Shown one piece after another: positions 55,790-57,990 of a stretch of 57,990 nt of DNA. The stretch is from an uncultured Sphingomonadales bacterium (GTDB lineage Bacteria; Pseudomonadota; Alphaproteobacteria; Sphingomonadales; CAKZYD01), in contig CAKZYD010000405.1 of NCBI GenBank assembly GCA_937884085.1, positions 1 to 57,990 on the forward strand, in the 5' to 3' direction. How positions within the stretch are numbered: position 1 is the first letter of the stretch; each line of letters begins with the position of its first letter. The position numbers and the translations under genes were made by a program. Below the pieces are notes generated by a model. It saw only the letters and a program-made list of their open reading frames with translations, was not told the origin of the DNA and did not search any database.

Positions 55790-57976
55790 ATGGCAAGCTT
55801 GGCCCCAGAAAAGATGCGCAAGACTGTTGGCGGTGGGCCAAAGAAAATCCTCTACGCGCTTGAGACGGCGCAAAGGATGGGCCTGAAGAACACGGCCAAA
55901 GCCCTGTCAGCGAAGAACGCCTGCAAAGCCTGCGCCTATGGTATGGGCGGGCAACTGGGCGGCATGACCAATGAGCAGGGCGAATTTCCCGCTGTTTGTA
56001 ACAAATCCATCCAAGCCCAATCCACCGACATCCAGCAGCCCATTCCAGACAGCGTGTTGACGCATTCCATGGCCGCTTTCCGGGAGCTGGATGGCTATGA
56101 AATGGAGCATCTTGGTCGCCTTGACACGCCGATTTTGAAAGCGGCGGACAGCAATGCCTTCCGAATACTAGGGTGGGACGAAGCGCTTGAGTATGCGGCA
56201 GGCAAGCTCAAAGCTGTCGCGCCGAACCGCAGTTTCTTCTATGCGTCCGGCCGCTCTTCCAATGAAGCGGGCTTTGTGCTCCAGCTGCTCGCGCGGGCCT
56301 GGGGCACCAACAATGTCAACAACTGCTCCTACTATTGCCACCAAGCCACCGGCGTTGGCCTTGCGACGACCATCGGTACGGGCACGGCGACGGTTGAGCT
56401 AGCGGACCTCGATAAGTGCGACACGATTTTTGTGATCGGGGCCAACCCAGCCTCCAACCACCCGCGCTTTGTCCATAAGCTACAAGGCGTGCGCGCCCGT
56501 GGCGGCGATGTTATCGTCATCATCCCCGCACGTGAGGCTGGCCTCGTTAAATTCTCCCTGCCCAAGAGCCCACGCTCCCTCATCAAGGGCGGTGATGACA
56601 TCGCCTCGGTGTATCTGCAGCCCAAAATTGGCAGTGACTTGGTGGTCTTGAAAGCGCTTGCCAAAGCGGTCATCGAAGCAGGTACGCTAGAGGCCAGTTT
56701 CGTTGAAGCCCATGCCAACGGCTTTGCAGATTTTCGGGCAGACCTAGACGCTCTGAGTTGGGATGAGATTGCCGCCCGCACTGGCCTAAGCCGGGACGAA
56801 ATCATGAGGGCTGCAAAGGTATATGGCGCCTCACAAAACACGGTGTTCGCCTGGGGCATGGGCGTGACACATCATGTCCATGGCTCTGATACGGTTGAGC
56901 AAATCGCAAACCTATCACTCCTGCGCGGCATGGTAGGGCGGCCCGGCGCTGGCCTCCTGCCTCTGCGGGGGCATTCCAATGTGCAGGGCATAGGGACGGT
57001 CGGCGTGAAACCTGTGCTCGCCGAAGATGTCTTTGCCGCTATGGAAAAAGCGACGGGCCTAACCCTGCCGCGCTCGGCTGGGCTTGACACACTGGCAGCG
57101 CTGGAAGCGGCCGACGCAGGCGATATTGATGCCGCTGTCATCGTCGGCGGCAATCTCTTAGCTGCCTCACCGGAACGCAGTTGGACCGAAGCGGCCATGG
57201 ATAAGATTGGCTTTAAGCTATTTCTGACCACGACGCTCAATCACGGCCATGTTTATGGCAATGATGCGAGTGAAAGTCTGATCCTACCCGTCACAGCCCG
57301 CGATGAAGAATGGCAGCCGACCAGCCAAGAAAGCATGTTTAACTTCGTGCGCCTGTCTGATGGCGGGATTACCCGCCTTGATGGCGTGCGGCCGGAGGTT
57401 TGGATTCTCACCGAGCTGGCCAAACGCCTTCTGCCAGACAGCCCGTTTGACTTTGCCGCCTTTCAAGACCATTCCAGCATCCGCCAGACCATCGCCGCCA
57501 CGGTCCCTGGCCTGGAAGACTTGGCCTCTCTAGATGTGGCAAAGCGCGAGTTCCACATCAAAGGCCGCCTCAAACATACCCCGCACTTCAACACTGCCGA
57601 TGGCCGCGCCAGCTTCCAAGTCCGCGATGCCACGCTGGAAGCACCTCAGGGCACTTTGATGCTAACCACCGTGCGCTCGGAAGGCCAGTTCAACACCATC
57701 ATCTATGAACGCGAAGACAGCTATCGCGGCAAAGCCGGGCGCCGGGCTGTCATGATGCACGCTGATGATATTGCCGCGCATGGCAAACAGGCGGGCGATA
57801 TGGTGACGCTGCGCTCAGACCATGGGGTTATGGAAGAGGCCATCCTAACACCGTTCGACATCGCCCGCGGCAGCATCATGGCCTATTACCCTGAAGCCAA
57901 CGGCCTCATTGGCCGGGCGCGCGACCCGCGCTCTCAAACGCCAGCGTTTAAATCAACGCCAGTTTGGATTGACTAG
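55790..57976 (+). CDS. FdhF/YdeP-family molybdopterin oxidoreductase
   Basis: 728 aa. The N-terminal GGGPKKILYALETAQRMG...NACKACAYG cluster region is typical of YdeP-like enzymes. It is followed by molybdopterin oxidoreductase domains and a C-terminal MopB_CT-like barrel. Confidence 0.85.
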   Translation: MASLAPEKMRKTVGGGPKKILYALETAQRMGLKNTAKALSAKNACKACAYGMGGQLGGMTNEQGEFPAVCNKSIQAQSTDIQQPIPDSVLTHSMAAFRELDGYEMEHLGRLDTPILKAADSNAFRILGWDEALEYAAGKLKAVAPNRSFFYASGRSSNEAGFVLQLLARAWGTNNVNNCSYYCHQATGVGLATTIGTGTATVELADLDKCDTIFVIGANPASNHPRFVHKLQGVRARGGDVIVIIPAREAGLVKFSLPKSPRSLIKGGDDIASVYLQPKIGSDLVVLKALAKAVIEAGTLEASFVEAHANGFADFRADLDALSWDEIAARTGLSRDEIMRAAKVYGASQNTVFAWGMGVTHHVHGSDTVEQIANLSLLRGMVGRPGAGLLPLRGHSNVQGIGTVGVKPVLAEDVFAAMEKATGLTLPRSAGLDTLAALEAADAGDIDAAVIVGGNLLAASPERSWTEAAMDKIGFKLFLTTTLNHGHVYGNDASESLILPVTARDEEWQPTSQESMFNFVRLSDGGITRLDGVRPEVWILTELAKRLLPDSPFDFAAFQDHSSIRQTIAATVPGLEDLASLDVAKREFHIKGRLKHTPHFNTADGRASFQVRDATLEAPQGTLMLTTVRSEGQFNTIIYEREDSYRGKAGRRAVMMHADDIAAHGKQAGDMVTLRSDHGVMEEAILTPFDIARGSIMAYYPEANGLIGRARDPRSQTPAFKSTPVWID

Positions 57977-57990
57977 CGCAAGTCCTCCCC

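Overview
A 57,990-bp chromosomal segment, high-GC by eye (roughly 60%, not computed). Gene content and synteny look alphaproteobacterial and probably marine: hisG-hisD-UPF0262-LMW phosphatase-infA-maf-RNase E/G-like-yacG-tRNA-Phe, rlmN beside an IalB-like gene, PEP-CTERM proteins, and many TonB-dependent receptors. Most of the window is housekeeping (thrS, rlmN, hisGD, infA, maf, yacG, queG, tRNA-Phe), transport (an RND pump with its adaptor, an EamA transporter, 3 TonB-dependent receptors) and detoxification (3 GSTs, 2 carbon-nitrogen hydrolases, and a glutathione-dependent formaldehyde module frmA-VOC-fghA-ydeP). Seven things stand out. (1) A visibly AT-rich ~2.5-kb islet (about 6936-9440) between queG and a secreted-protein gene carries only a tightly packed AAA15/21-type ATPase gene and an RloB/Toprim-like gene. 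This is an AbiL/RloAB-like candidate anti-phage module and my best candidate for the system of interest. (2) Two paralogous ECF-sigma/FecR/STN-TonB-receptor signalling modules in mirror orientation (10211-14539 and 20063-24344) bracket an orphan cluster. The cluster holds a 581-aa polytopic membrane protein, a secreted protein with ten 16-aa tandem repeats (AFEVTTPxLSAYxGGK), another orphan secreted protein and a lone Rieske oxygenase. (3) A MocR/GabR-type regulator reading frame is interrupted by two in-frame TAG codons, both where the family has conserved tyrosines. (4) A translationally coupled nitrilase-aldoxime dehydratase-GST operon has a divergent AraC regulator. (5) There is a 4-copy 15-16-bp tandem repeat upstream of the orphan membrane protein. 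(6) There are two PEP-CTERM proteins, one fused to a 5'-nucleotidase and one in a lower-GC gene beside tRNA-Phe. (7) An A/T-palindromic motif is shared upstream of both signalling-module receptor genes. I saw no CRISPR array, rRNA, integrase or transposase. Many long ORFs in the supplied track are antisense or off-frame shadows typical of high-GC DNA and were not called.
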